Below, piece by piece: positions 10,579-26,205 of a stretch of 64,000 nucleotides of DNA. Positions within the stretch are counted from its first letter, which is position 1; each line of letters starts with the position of its first letter. The stretch is taken from the NCBI GenBank assembly GCA_002269645.1, contig NIVC01000353.1, positions 248,001 to 312,000 on the forward strand, given 5' to 3'. Source of the stretch: Macrostomum lignano. Its lineage: Eukaryota. Under the pieces are notes generated by a model. The model did no database searches and had not been told where the DNA came from. It saw nothing but the letters and a program-made list of their open reading frames with translations. The position numbers and the translations under genes are program-made.

Positions 10579-13500
10579 ATGACTACAAATATAACTGATA
10601 ATGCTTGGCGTCAATCTGAGGATTACTTTAGTAGAGTCGAGATACAGTTGCAGCAAAGACACGAGGAGATGTAAGCATATGTATTGATATGTATCCACGT
10701 AAAATAACATGATACTGTATTTAATAAAAAAAATAGACGAAGAGCTTATGTTTAGCACATGATTTTTATAGTACAATGAACTTTTCTATTTTTTTCAACT
10801 TTTATCCACCCAGAATTGTGCGGTTCTAAATTATCTGTGCAACTGAAAATTTAAAATATAAACCAACATTGAACGCTTAAAAGCCTAAAAGCTTCTTCTA
10901 TCAGAAAATCAAATAAATAAATATTAAGTTTAATAAGTAAGATTAATATTAAGTAACCATCTCAGCATAAGAAATCACTTTCAGACTGGCACGTAGATCG
11001 GCGTTAATGTCTGGAAGGGAGGCATTCTACGACACGAAAACCGGATTTCCTGAAGTTTTCATCGGCAGCGATGCACAAGCAAGGAGAAGAAACGAAGAAA
11101 TCTTCGATGTAAGCGTTTCATTAGCAATATTGTCATTTAAATTCACGCTAAACAGCGGCTACTATACATGATTGCTTATATTTTAGTCTCTGAAGTCTAT
11201 AAGGCAGGACTTGCAGCAGACATCAACTGAGGGTGACGAGACTCTAAAGCGGCTGCGGGTGAGGCTTTCAAATAAGCCGAATTAGTAGCTATACTATTAG
11301 TATTAAAAATCTACAAATAGTCGAACACTATCAAACTTGATAATTGCGTTTCGACTGCAGACGGCCTACCTTCAGAGTGTGCAGAACTCGATGCCGCAGT
11401 GGATTGATCAGCTGCGCGAATTCAAGCTTCGGCAGATTCAGAAAATTGGCGAAGATCGTTGGAAGTGAGTTTGAAATTAGTGGCGAAGGCCAGGCAGGGG
11501 AAGTTTGCTTAATTTTGTCGTTAAATTTCGACTAATAAAGATAAAAGTTGCTCCTTAAGTCAAATTGAAGATTCTCCAGAGACCCCGATAGACTCACAGT
11601 AACAACTCTTCGGCGAAAAGTGATATAAAGACGGCTCTGAAATCTTTTAAAGACTGAAAATCTGAAAATCCTGAAATTCATGTAGAAATCCTCAAATTCA
11701 TCTAAAAATCCTGAAATTCATCTAGAAATCCTGACATTCATGTAGAGATTCTCAAGTTTATCTAGAGACTCTCCAAATCATCTAGAGATTCTGAATTTAT
11801 CTAAAGATCCTGACATTCATCTAGAAATCCTGAAATTCATCTAAAGATCCTGACATTCATCTAGAAATCCTGAAATCCATCTAAAGATCCTGACATTCAT
11901 CTAGAAATCCTGAAATCCATCTAAAGATCCTGACATTCATCTAGAAATCCTGACATTCATCTAGAAATCCTGACATTCATCTAGAAATCCTGAAATTCAT
12001 CTAAAGATCCTGAAATTCATCTAGAAATCCTGAAATTCATCTAAAGATCCTGAAATTCATCTAGAAATCCTGACATTCATCTAGAAATCCTGAAATTCAT
12101 GTAGAAATCCTGAAATTCATCTAGAAATCCTGAAATTCATCTAGAGATCCTGACATTCATCTAGAAATCCTGAAATTCATCTAGAAATCCTGAAATTCAT
12201 CTAGAAATCCTGAAATCCATCTAAAGATCCTGACATTCATCTAGAAATCCTGAAATTCATCTAGAGATCCTGACATTCATCTAGAAATCCTGAAATTCAT
12301 CTAGAGATCCTGACATTCATCTAGAGATCCTGACATTCATCTAGAGATCCTGACATTCATCTAGAAATCCTGAAATTCATCTAGAAATCCTGAAATTCAT
12401 CTAGAGATCCTGAAATTCATCTAGAGATCCTGAAATTCATCTAGAGATCCTGACATTCATCTAGAAATCCTGAAATTCATCTAGAGATCCTGACATTCAT
12501 CTAGAAATCCTGAAATTCATCTAGAAATCCTGACATTCATCTAGAGATCCTGACATTCATCTAGAAATCCTGAAATTCATCTAGACATCCTGACATTCAT
12601 CTAGAGATCCTGACATTCATCTAGAAATCCTGAAATTCATCTAGAAATCCTGAAATTCATCTAGAGATCCTGAAATTCATCTAGAGATCCTGACATTCAT
12701 CTAGAAAACCTGAAATTCATCTAGAGATCCTGATATTCATCTAGAGATCCTGAAATCCATCTAAAGATCCTGACATTCATCTATAGAAATCCTGAAATTC
12801 ATCTAGAGATCCTGAAATTCATCTAGAAATCTTGAAATTCATCTAGAAATCCTGAAATTCATCTAGAGATCCTGACATTCATCTAGAGATCCTGATATTC
12901 ATCTAGAAATCCTAAAATTCATCTAGAGATCCTGAAATTCATCTAGAGATCCTGACATTCATCTAGAGATCCTGATATTCATCTAGAGATCCTGACATTC
13001 ATCTAGAAAACCTGAAATTCATCTAGAGATCCTGAAATTCATGTAGAAATCCTGAAATTCATCTAGAAATCCTGAAATTCATCTAGAGATCCTGACATTC
13101 ATCTAGAGATCCTGATATTCATCTAGAGATCCTGACATTCATCTAGAGATCCTGATATTCATCTAGAGATCCTGAAAATCATCCAGAGATCCTGACATTA
13201 ATGTAGAGATTCTCAAGTGCATCTAGAGACTCTCCAAATCATGTAGAGATTCTGAAATTTATCAAAAGGCCCTGACATGCATCTAGAGACCAGTTGACAT
13301 TCACCTGGAGACCATCTAGATGCAGACCTCATCTAGACTTCATCTAGACCATATGAACTCTCTGTAGATCATGCCCCATCAATCGGGAAGTCTCCCCAAA
13401 TCTGTGCTCAAAATTCATTCTTCACAATCAGCGCCGACGAAGACTACCAAGCAATCGACGCCATCATTCTTTACCGACCAACAAATCCGATCCCACGACT

Positions 13501-13840
13501 GATCACCGGATCTTCTGGCGCGGCAGCAGCAGCAGCATCTGCCGCTGAACCAGCTGCACACTACGATGATGAGGTCGGAGTGCAGCAGCGAAGACAGCGG
13601 CCGCAGCAGCAGCTGGCCGTTTCTGTACCGGATCTCAGCGCGTCGCACCGCTCGGCAGCTTCGACAACCTCGGCTCCGACGCCCGCTGCACGGCAAGGCG
13701 GCGGCGGCGGCGGCGAAGTCGCTCGAGGACCCCGACGATTGGGCAACTTTTTGAGCAACTCCTGGTCAAATCTGCGAGCCAGAATGTCATCGTCGCGTTC
13801 GTCAGGAGGACGTCGCGACAGGCAGCAGGGTCAAAGTTGA
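10579..13840 (+). CDS. CEP15: CEP15/C3orf14-like small coiled-coil protein; exons 10579-10670, 10985-11108, 11187-11258, 11361-11464, then a terminal exon at either 11580-11628 (146 aa) or 13432-13840 (266 aa)
   Basis: All GT-AG, with phases 2,0,0,2 consistent. FSRVEIQLQQRHEEILARRSAL, RRNEEIFDSL and LRTAYLQSVQNSMPQWIDQL match, from memory, human C3orf14 (FAQEIRLSKRHEEIVSQR..., [20 protein letters not shown]). No database search was run. Confidence 0.65.
11660..13310. repeat. 20-bp minisatellite (ATCCTGAAATTCATCTAGAA/G), about 80 copies
   Basis: Tandem units visible directly, degenerate at both edges. Confidence 0.95.
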
Positions 13841-14266
13841 GACGGTTCAGCGTAAATTTACGTGCTTTTTCATCGTCCTGTAACTTTTTTGGTAGAAAAG
13901 TTTGCTTTTAAAATTAGTGTGTCAGACCTGCAGCTAAAATGCTAACATTTGTTCACGTACGAATATATATATAGCTTGACGTTATTATGATTCCTTGAGT
14001 ATGCAGTCGAGATTCATACTTCTAATAAGTTACATATAATTTTGGATTTTTTAAAGCGATATTTTTTTCAAAGCTTTTTTGCCTACATGGAGATACGCGT
14101 TCGTCAGGAAATTAAAACAAATCGGCGTGACTTTTTATTTAATCAAAGCAAGTTTTGATGATATTTTTTCGCTTTTTTTCAATTTTAGGAATAATAATGA
14201 GTCGACAGTCTACTTCTCACTAAACATTTTGAGAACTAACTTCATATAAATGTATTTCACAACATT

Positions 14267-15595
<1,329 letters not shown>

Positions 15596-15741
15596 GGACC
15601 TAATATTCTTTAGTGCCTCTGTCATCGTATTTGCATGCGAGTATCGATGTAAAACAAAGAACCAACCAACCAACAACTAACAACTCATTTGTAACGGTAA
15701 GTCATTAACGCAAATTGAAGTTCTGAATAGCGCTATGTAAT

Positions 15742-17991
15742 TCAATTCGTCTTCATTGGCTTCGCCAGCTCCACCCCAGCAGTTACCGGCAGCTCAATGC
15801 CTGTACAATAGGTGGCCCAGCGGCACAGGAACAGACAGGCAGCCCCAATCTCTTCAATGCTGCCCAATCGATTGAACAAACTATCGGAGGCATAACGGGC
15901 CAGTTGATCTTCCGTGGTGTCACCGCCGCCACCTTCAGCAGCCAGACTGTTGGCATTGGACAGCAGCAGTGGGGTGTGAACCGCACCCGGACAGATAGCG
16001 TTCACTCGGACACCGTGAACGGCTTCGTCTATGGCCAAGGCTCGAGTGAATCCACTTATGGCGGATTTGGTGATGACGTAGGTGACTGCATGGTGCTGGC
16101 CTATGACTGCGACAAGGCTAGAAATGTTAACGATGGCCCCTTTGGAGGCTCTGATATGCGGCAGGCACAGTCTAGTCAGGCTGAAAGCGCTGTAAACGTT
16201 CAACTCCATGAGGCTGCGCAGATCGTCCAGCGAGAAGTGATCGATTGGCGCGTGATCAGGGTGGGTGCCAACATTGTTGATTAGCCAGTCAAGTCGGTTG
16301 GAACCGAAGCTTAGGGTTTGATTGACTGCGGCCTATAAAAAAGTTGGGTAGTTTTTTTGTTAGCATGATAGGACAAGATAGGTTACCTGTTAGCCAGGAT
16401 TGGTTATACCTGATTGGTTACCTGTTAGCCAGGATTTGGTTACCTGTTAGACAGGATTTAGTTACCTGTTAGACAGGATTGGTTACCTGTTAGACAGGAT
16501 TGGTTACTGTTAGACAGGATTTAGTTACCTGTTAGACAGGATTGATTTACCTCTTGGACAAGAGTGATTGCTGTTGACACATCATTTATATCGGAAATAA
16601 TTAAGCAACACTACTCCAAGTAGTCGCTCACCTCCAGGTCGGTAGCATTCCGGCAGTCGACCTCGATGAACAGCGCTCTGCCAGGGCCCGCAGCGTTCAA
16701 AGCCGCCTCCAGCTGTCTGCCCTCCTCCGCTGATAAATTATTGACAATTTGAATTCATTAGTGCGCTAATTGAGCTACTACAAGTAATAATGGAAAAAAT
16801 TTTCAAGAATTTCAGGAAAATCTATCGATACAATTTTTATTTACTTATTAAGCATCAATAACAATATGGTTAAGGATAATTAAAAACATATTAATAAGAT
16901 TGACAGACACTGGGACACTGGGACACTGGGTTGTGGACACTAATATATAGGACAGACACTATGTTTAGAACCTTTGATAAAGATACGAGCTAAAGGACAA
17001 TAGAAGAATATGGTTAAAGACACTAGGATAAGGGTGGCAGACACAAGAATATGGGTTAAAGACACTAGGATAAGGGTGGCAGACACAAGAATATGGGTTA
17101 AAGACACTAGGATAAGGGTGACAGACACTAGAATATGGGTTAAAAACACTAGGATAAGGGTGACAGACACTAGGATAAGGGTGACAGACACTAGGATAAG
17201 GGTCACAGACACTAGGATAAGGGTGACAGACACTAGGATAAGGGTGACAGACACTAGGATAAGGGTGACAGACACTAGGATAAGGGTCACAGACACTAGG
17301 ATAAGGGTGACAGACACTAGGATAAGGGTGACAGACACTAGGATAAGGGTGACAGACACTAGGATAAGGGTCACAGACACTAGGATAAGGGTCACAGACA
17401 CTAGGATAAGGGTCACAGACACTAGGATAAGGGTCACAGACACTAGGATAAGGGTCACAGACACTAGGATAAGGGTCACAGACACTAGGATAAGGGTCAC
17501 AGACACTAGGATAAGGGTCACAGACACTAGGATAAGGGTCACAGACACTAGGATAAGGGTGACAGACACTAGGATAAGGGTCACAGACACTAGGATAAGG
17601 GTCACAGACACTAGGATAAGGGTCACAGACACTAGGATAAGGGTGACAGACACTAGGATAAGGGTCACAGACACTAGGATAAGGGTCACAGACACTAGGA
17701 TAAGGGTCACAGACACTAGGATAAGGGTCACAGACACTAGGATAAGGGTCACAGGCACTAGGATAAGGGTCACAGACACTAGGATAAGGGTCACAGACAC
17801 TAGGATAAGGGTCACAGACACTAGGATAAGGACAGCGGACACCTTAAGCAGGCCAGCTCACCCTGATTCGAGCAGAAAGCCACGAAGGCGCCGTCCCCAA
17901 CCAGAGCCTCCACGCAGCCGCGACCAATACCGGCTGAGCCGCCGGTAACCAAGGCAACGCGACCAGCTGAAGCGGGAGCAGACTTGGCCAT
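15742..17991 (-). CDS. HSD17B14: HSD17B14-like classical short-chain dehydrogenase/reductase, 272 aa; exons 17991-17862, 16729-16632, 16332-15742
   Basis: VALVTGGSAGIGRG (Rossmann fold), LINNVG, NISSLVAVIGQHHAVTYVITK (YxxxK), ALAIDEAVHGVRVNAICPG. Splice phases 1 and 0 are consistent. Confidence 0.88.
16380..16560. repeat. 21-bp minisatellite (GGTTACCTGTTAGACAGGATT) in HSD17B14 intron 2
   Basis: About 8 tandem copies. Confidence 0.9.
17020..17830. repeat. 21-bp minisatellite (GACACTAGGATAAGGGTCACA) in HSD17B14 intron 1
   Basis: About 38 tandem copies starting about 30 bp from the splice donor. Confidence 0.95.
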
Positions 17992-18348
17992 TCTTTCTTT
18001 CGGCAGAGATTGTTGTTAAGAATTTTGGCTGTCTTAGCAGTTTAGATTTCAAAGTCTAATATTTCTGGTGCAAAGATATCTTAGATAAAATCCGTATAAA
18101 TATGCGAAAACACAGTTTATAACAAATTTATTGCAAGTCAGCTGACTTATTTTCCACGGAAGCTAATGAGGTTGGTGATCTGGTGTCACGTTTGCTAGGA
18201 GAAACAAAGATAAAGCGAGGATTTCGCATTCCAAGTTTGTTTTGCAAAGTCTAATTATATGCATTTACAACTGGCGTAAAGCATTCGTTTGTGTCTATTT
18301 GCAGGTTTTCATATGCTCGTATATCACAGTGAAAATATTTGCGGTGCC

Positions 18349-21300
18349 TTAGATCTTACTAGAAGTAGGATATGCGTCTATTACGAGCTATATGTATTCC
18401 AATATTTTATTGCTATTATATGAAACTAACAATTAATAACGTTGAAAGGACAGAACGAGTTATAGGATAGTAAGAAAACAGTGACAATCGAGAGAGTGAC
18501 AATGGAGAGAGTGACGATGGAGAGAATGACAATGAAGAGAGTGACAATGGAGAGAGTGACAGTAGTGAGAATTACCATGAAGAGAATGACAATGAAGAGT
18601 GACGATGATGGGAGTGAGAATGGAGAGAGTGACAATGGAGAGAGTAGCAACTGAGAGAGTGAAAATGGAGCAAGCGCCAATAGAGAAAGTGACAACAGCA
18701 CAGAGAGAGTGACAACAGCACAGAGAGAGTGACAACAGCACAGAGAGAGTGACAACAGCACAGAGAGAGTGACAACAGCACAGAGAGAGTGACAACAGCA
18801 CAGAGAGAGTGACAACAGCACAGAGAGAGTGACAACAGCACAGAGAGAGTGACAACAGCACAGAGAGAGTGACAACAGCACAGAGAGAGTGACAACAGCA
18901 CAGAGAGAGGGACAACAGCACAGAGAGAGTGACAACAGCACAGAGAGAGTGACAACAGCACAGAGAGAGTGACAACAGCACAGAGAGTGTGACAACAGCA
19001 CAGAGGGAGTGACAACAGCATAGAGAGAGAGTGACAACAGCACAGAGAGAGTGACAACAGCTAGGAGAGAGTGACAACAGCACAGAGAGAGTGACAACAG
19101 CACAGAGAGAGTGACAACAGCTAGGAGAGAGTGACAACAGCACAGAGAGAGTGACAACAGCACAGAGAGAGTGACAATAGCATGGATAGTCTATTGCTTG
19201 GAGCACATCATTAATAATTCTGATTTAATGATACATCGCATCAATATGTGTAATCACATCAGGTTTAAAACCATAATTTCACCTGTCAAAGTTATTCATT
19301 AACTGTTGCACCGAAGCTGAGAGACTGAGAGCTGACCGGAAATGAATCAAATTGACATCGTTAAGTTCGATCGCTCCTAACGCCTTTATACGATTTTGTT
19401 CTCGCTCTATTTTCTTGTCAAACATCTTGTATTTCCGGGAAAATTTGTGTCTACAAGAAAGACGGCGGCTAGCAACAAGCCCATGCACGAAGCGACTGAG
19501 GCATTTACTATGGACCTAATCGAGCGAATAAAATTGAGCTCGACATTCGCCGGGCGATCTGTTGGCTACCAGCTCCCCTTCTCCCTTGTTCCTGCCCGCA
19601 CACCTTTGCGCAAAGCATCGCAATTATCTCAGACTGGAGTTTCTGAGCTGTTTCATACGGCACGGACCCTGGATTCTGAGCTGCCAAATGGCACTCTTGC
19701 TCAGTCAACTGCCAACTCATTAGCCAGTACACTTTAACTCCCCCCTCTGTCGCCTATCTACGGTTGAACACTTCCAAAATAATAAGTTATGTGCTCTAAT
19801 TATACGACAATGGTGGCTGCTAATAGAATATTGAGTTTCCATGAATTTTATTTGGCGTCTTCTAGGAGAAACATATAAGAATCTTACTCCAGTAGAATCT
19901 CACCCAGTAGAATCTCACCCCAGTAGAATCTCACTCCAGTAGAATCTCACCCCAGTAGAATCTCACCCCAGTAGAATCTCACCCCAGTACAATCTCACAC
20001 CAGTAGAATCTCACCCCAGTAGAATCTCACCCCAGTAGAATCTCACCCCAGTAGAATCTCACTCCAGTAGAATCTCACCCCAGTAGAATCTCACCCCAGT
20101 ACAATCTCACCCCAGTACAATCTCACCCGAGTAGAATATCATCCTAGTAGAATCTCACCTTTCTAGAATCTCACCTTTCTAGAATCTCACTCCAGTACAA
20201 TCTCACCCAGTTCAATCTCACCCCAGTAGAATCTCACCCCAATAGAATCTCACCTTTCTAGAATCTCACCTTTCTAGAATCTCACCTTTCTAGAATCTCA
20301 CTCCAGTACAATCTCACCCAGTTCAATCTCACCCCAGTAGAATCTCACCCCAGTAGAATCTCACTCCAGTACAATCTCACCCCAGTAGAATCTCACCCGA
20401 GTAGAATATCATCCTAGTACAATCTCACCTTTCTAGAATCTCACCTTTCTAGAATCTCACTCCAGTAGAATCTCACCCCAGTACAATCTCACCCCAGTAC
20501 AATCTCACCCGAGTAGAATATCATCCTAGTACAATCTCACCTTTCTAGAATCTCACCCTAGTAGACTCTCACCACAGTAGAGTCTCACCTCAGTAGAATC
20601 TCACCCCAGTAGAATCTCATCCTAGTTGAATCTCATCCCAATAGAATTTCACCCCAGTACAATCTTACTTCAGTAGAATCTCACCCAGTAGAATCTCACT
20701 CCAGTAGAATCTCACCCCAGTAGAATCTCACCCCAGTACAATCTCACCCCAGTAGAATCTCACCCCAGTACAATCTCAACCCAGTAGAATCTCACCCCAG
20801 TAGAATCTCACCCCAGTAGAATCTCACCCCAGTAGAATCTCACTCCAGTAGAATCTCACCCCAGTAGAATCTCACCCCAGTACAATCTCACCCCAGTACA
20901 ATCTCACCCGAGTAGAATATCATCCTAGTACAATCTCACCTTTCTAGAATCTCACCCTAGTAGACTCTCACCACAGTAGAGTCTCACCTCAGTAGAATCT
21001 CACCCCAGTAGAATCTCATCCTAGTTGAATCTCATCCCAATAGAATTTCACCCCAGTACAATCTTACTTCAGTAGAATCTCACCCAGTAGAATCTCACTC
21101 CAGTAGAATCTCACCCCAGTAGAATCTCACCCCAGTACAATCTCACCCCAGTAGAATCTCACCCCAGTACAATCTCAACCCAGTAGAATCTCACCCCAGT
21201 AGAATCTCACCCCAGTACAATCTCAACCCAGTAGAATCTCACCCCAGTAGAATCTCACCCCAGTAGAATCTCACCCCAGTAGAATCTCACTCCAGTAGAA

Positions 21301-21573
21301 TCTCACCCCAGTAGAATCTCACCCCAATACAATCTCACCCCAGTTCAATCTCACCCGAGTAGAATATCATCTTAGTAGAATCTCACCCCAGTAGAATCTC
21401 ACCCCAGTAGAATCTCACTCCAGTAGAATCTCACCCCAGTAGAATCTCACCCCAATACAATCTCACCCCAGTTCAATCTCACCCGAGTAGAATATCATCT
21501 TAGTAGAATCTCACTCCAGTAGAATCTCACCCTAGTAGAATCTCACCAATTTGATCCTCGAATTGCCTACCAT
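18349..21573 (-). CDS. Unrecognised small protein (131 aa, MATEGGVKVYWLMSWQ...KYKMFDKKIEREQNRIKALG...NNFDSKI); exons 21573-21571 (ATG only), 19753-19604, 19515-19283, 18358-18349
   Basis: The two internal exons are open, bounded by GT-AG and joined by an 88-bp phase-0 intron. The first and last exons are plausible but less certain. Confidence 0.55.
18480..19180. repeat. 20-bp minisatellite (GTGACAACAGCACAGAGAGA)
   Basis: Homogeneous core 18690-19170 with a degenerate left flank. Confidence 0.95.
19880..21548. repeat. 16-bp minisatellite (AGTAGAATCTCACCCC) with about 400-bp higher-order duplication
   Basis: The variant block GACTCTCACCACAGTAGAGTC recurs at 20564 and 20963. Confidence 0.95.
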
Positions 21574-22139
21574 GGCTAACATAGATAAAAATTAAAAAGT
21601 GTACTGAACTGATCATTGGAAAAAATTCGAAACCATAAATTTGTCTTTGTTTAGCCTCGAAGCCTAAACAACAATTGTACCTTTTTCATTTGACAAAAAT
21701 AGTGACGGTTGGCTCCACACGGTCTTTTGACTCTTGACTAGTAACGGAAAAGTGATTATGTCCATAAAAAGCCACAGAATTGCACAAAGTCGATTTCTGT
21801 CAAAAAATAACATCAAATCAAATGAGTAACAGTTGAAAAAACCGGCCCGCCCACAAGCACTCTCGGAATGGGACAGATGTGTAGAAAAAAAGTGTTCTGA
21901 ATTACACGCTTGGCTACAAGTTTTGGGCTTTGAAGTTTCACTGCCTGCCCGGTCTGTGAGAGCATTTTTTATCCGTTTGATTTACCGAGTCAGAGGTGGG
22001 CGGTGAAGTTATCTTTGTGCTTGCTTGAATTACAGTGTTAGCAATAAAGATCCTATCTAGCCTAATCATCTCCGGTGCCTTCTCACACCCCCTGTGCCGT
22101 TCACCTCTCTTACTGCCCCATCCATTCCCTTGAATTCCT

Positions 22140-22550
22140 CTCTCCCCTCTCTCTCCCTCTCCGCTCTGTTCCACTCTCTCCTGTCTCTTCCCTCTCTCCC
22201 TTCTCTCCCTTCTCTTCCCTCTCTCCCTTCTCTCCCTTCTCTTCCCTCTCTCCCTTCTCTCCCTTCTCTTCCCTCTCTCCCTTCTCTCCCTTCTCTTCCC
22301 TCTCTCCCTTCTCTCCCTTCTCTTCCCTCTCTCCCTTCTCTTCTCATTCTCCCCTCTCTTCCCTCTCTTCCTTCTCTCCCCTCTCTCCCTTCTCTTCCCT
22401 CACTCCCTTCTCTTCCCTCACTCCCTTCTCTTCCCTCTCTTTCTTCTCTCCCCTCTCTCCCTTCTCTCCCCTCTCTCCCTTCTCTTCCCTCTCTCCCTTC
22501 TCTCCCCTATCTCCCTTCTCTCCCCTCTCTCCCTTCTCTCCCCTCTCCAT
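22140..22550. repeat. CT-rich 9/27-bp tandem repeat
   Basis: (CTCTCTCCCTTCTCTCCCTTCTCTTCC)n. Confidence 0.9.
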
Positions 22551-23167
22551 CACCCACCTACCACCTACGGACAACTAATTTTTAGTATATACTCGTAGGA
22601 AGTAGCCTAAAAGCAAATTTAAACCAGGTTGTAACAGAGCAACCGCAGTCTATACAGAAATTCAAACAATAGAATGATTAACTACCAACCTACTCAAAAT
22701 TGTCAAATATCTGTCATCGCAATCCGAGACAAATCCCCTAGCAATAAAATAGCTTAGTTACCAAGTTGCCTCGAGTCAAATGTTTTCCAAGATCTTTAAT
22801 GCTCCTCAAAGCCGCCGGGTCCTTTCAGCAAAAATTCAGCAACAAGGTATTGAGCTCTCAGATTGCTGACATAACACCTCTCGATTTGTATCCAAGGCGC
22901 ATTATATTCTTAAATGGATTTTATATTACCAAAGAGTTGCCTGTCCAAGACTAAAAATTTAATACAAAGGCTTATTGTCAACTCCGAAGTCATAAACTTG
23001 TCCGACATACTTTATAGGTGATTTTTTACGCACACCCGAACTTAATCTTGTTTTACTTGACACCTTCATGCTGGTTTAGGGAAATCCTGTTTTTTTAATT
23101 GGCCTTTATCAGTGCTGAGCACTAGTTGTGTTGCTGAGTTGCAACAAACATTATAATTGGCTGTTTA

Positions 23168-23860
<693 letters not shown>

Positions 23861-23925
23861 CTATATCTATCTTATCTATCTATCTGTTTACATACCCAAT
23901 CCCCTGATCTCTTTCCCCCGAACAG

Positions 23926-24009
23926 GTTATCAACAACATTAAGAAAATTTATCCAGTTCCTCCTGAGCAAACAGGAACCAAAACTTTAGGAGATTGTCAG
24001 TTAGCTCAG
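23926..24009 (+). CDS. Isolated candidate coding exon ([28 protein letters not shown]) of an unresolved gene
   Basis: Strong acceptor CTCTTTCCCCCGAACAG, 84-bp open phase 0-0 exon, donor CAG|GTAGCA. Neighbouring exons could not be assigned. Confidence 0.4.
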
Positions 24010-25018
24010 GTAGCAAAGAAAAAAATCAAAATGTTTGTTTATAATTTCGAGGATTTTCCGTTTCATTTTCACTTTCATGAGCGCCGACCATACAGATGCC
24101 GGCCTGCCTTCATCAGTTTGAGCAGCCGCCCCCCCCCCTCGGGGGAAAACGTTAAAACAAACACAGAACACCGCAGCTCACAGCTCAACCAACAGCAAAC
24201 AGGGTAGCACTAATGGACCTCAGTAAGCACGCAACAGTCTTACTTACTAAAGGTTTCGAAATTTCAATTTCAATTTTGATACACAGTGAAATGTGCCATC
24301 TCAAGATATGACACCACACTGGCACAGCACGCCCTATAATACATAAACATTGCTTGCAATAAATGTGCGAAAACAGGGACTGGCTGTTGCGCAACCGTAC
24401 AGACTAAATTATGGACCAACACAATTTGTTTTACAACACTGAGATATTCATACCGGAACAAATGCACCCATCAGCAGCAGCGCCAAGTTTGTATAATCCG
24501 CAATGAACCCCCTCCCCAGAATTCGCGCCTAACTTTCTTAGCGAGAACAACTTCTGGCCTTCATCAGCCATTGTTCTCTCACTGCCCGCACTGTTGCGTC
24601 ACAGATGAATGCCATCTTAAACACTGCTATGCTCGATGTGTCATTTGCGATTGTTAAGACAGAATTCGCGTGGACCCTGTTCGACACCCACGGCTTGATG
24701 TGTGTGTTTTTCTAATCCTTTGACACTCAATTTCAATTTGTCTTGCGCTCGTCAGCGTATTTGCGAACAAATTTTCGGCTTAAGCTGATACTGGTATTAG
24801 TTAGCCTGAAGCTGGGATTTCATAACTTGAAACTGTTTAATGGTGAAGGGTCTGCATCCTTTGTGGCTCTGCGCTCTTGGCTAGGGATTTTAGAGAATTC
24901 AGTAGCTTGAAATAAACAAATATATTTCGCTAATTTTCTCTCAACAATGTAAGCTCTTAATTGTATGAGTATAGACTTATTAAAACTTTGAGCCTTCAAT
25001 TGTATCCACATGATAGAT

Positions 25019-25302
<284 letters not shown>

Positions 25303-25909
25303 CGATAGTCTGACACACAGGCAGGCTAATTATTTCCCATATATCCCTCACACTGTAACGGCAGCGCACACTCGCTATGATTGCGCAGTCAATCCAGTCG
25401 CACAGTTGCGAACTTCACTCATCCATCCGAGGCAGAGCATTGTTCTCTCCGCGAGCTCAATCGAGTCTATTAATTGCTCGCCGAAGTGGAACGCAGTGAA
25501 ATCTGCTCGGTGCAGGCCAGCTTAGCCGTGAATGCAAGCAGCAATCGAGCTCCGATGTCAGCTGGCCATTTTCGATGCCTCGCACGGTCGGCAGTTGGGA
25601 CTCTTAATCGCCTCCATCCATCCGCCTTCTTGTTCTCCCTGTTCTCATTGTCCAATATTGTGTTGCTATGCTCACAAAATCTCGCTAAGCTATATATACA
25701 GAGGGATTTTACAGCTATGCAGTCTGCATTTGAATGCTTAAAACGGGTTGGCTTTTGTGTGCAGGCCTTTTGCAGAGTTAATGCTCCGCCGCTGTATCTT
25801 TTTTGTTCGGTATGCGTTTGGCGGCTCTCCAAAACTTGGGGATTGACATGAAATATTCTAATCATATTTATCAGTTCTATGCACATATTGCACTATGCAC
25901 ATTTAGAAT

Positions 25910-26205
25910 CATTTTGGCGCCATTTAGACTAATTTTGGCGCTATTTGGATCCATTTTGGCGCCATTTGGGTTCATTTTGGTGCCATTTAGATCCATTTTG
26001 ACGCCATTTAGATCCATTTTGGCGCCATTTGGATCCATTTTGGCGCTATTTAGATTCATTTTGGCGCTATTTAGATTCATTTTGGCGCTATTTAGATTCA
26101 TTTTGGCGCTATTTAAATTCATTTTGGCGCTATTTAGATTCATTTTGGCGCTATTTAGATTCATTTTGGCGCTATTTAGATTCATTTTAGCGCCATTCAG
26201 GGCCA
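25910..26205. repeat. 21-bp minisatellite (TTTTGGCGCTATTTAGATTCA)
   Basis: About 14 copies. Confidence 0.93.

Noticed and set aside
16940-19206. Repetitive ORFs (VTDTRIR, LILVSVT, LCCCHS)
   Set aside because: Frames across intronic 20-21-bp minisatellites, with no start context or splice support.
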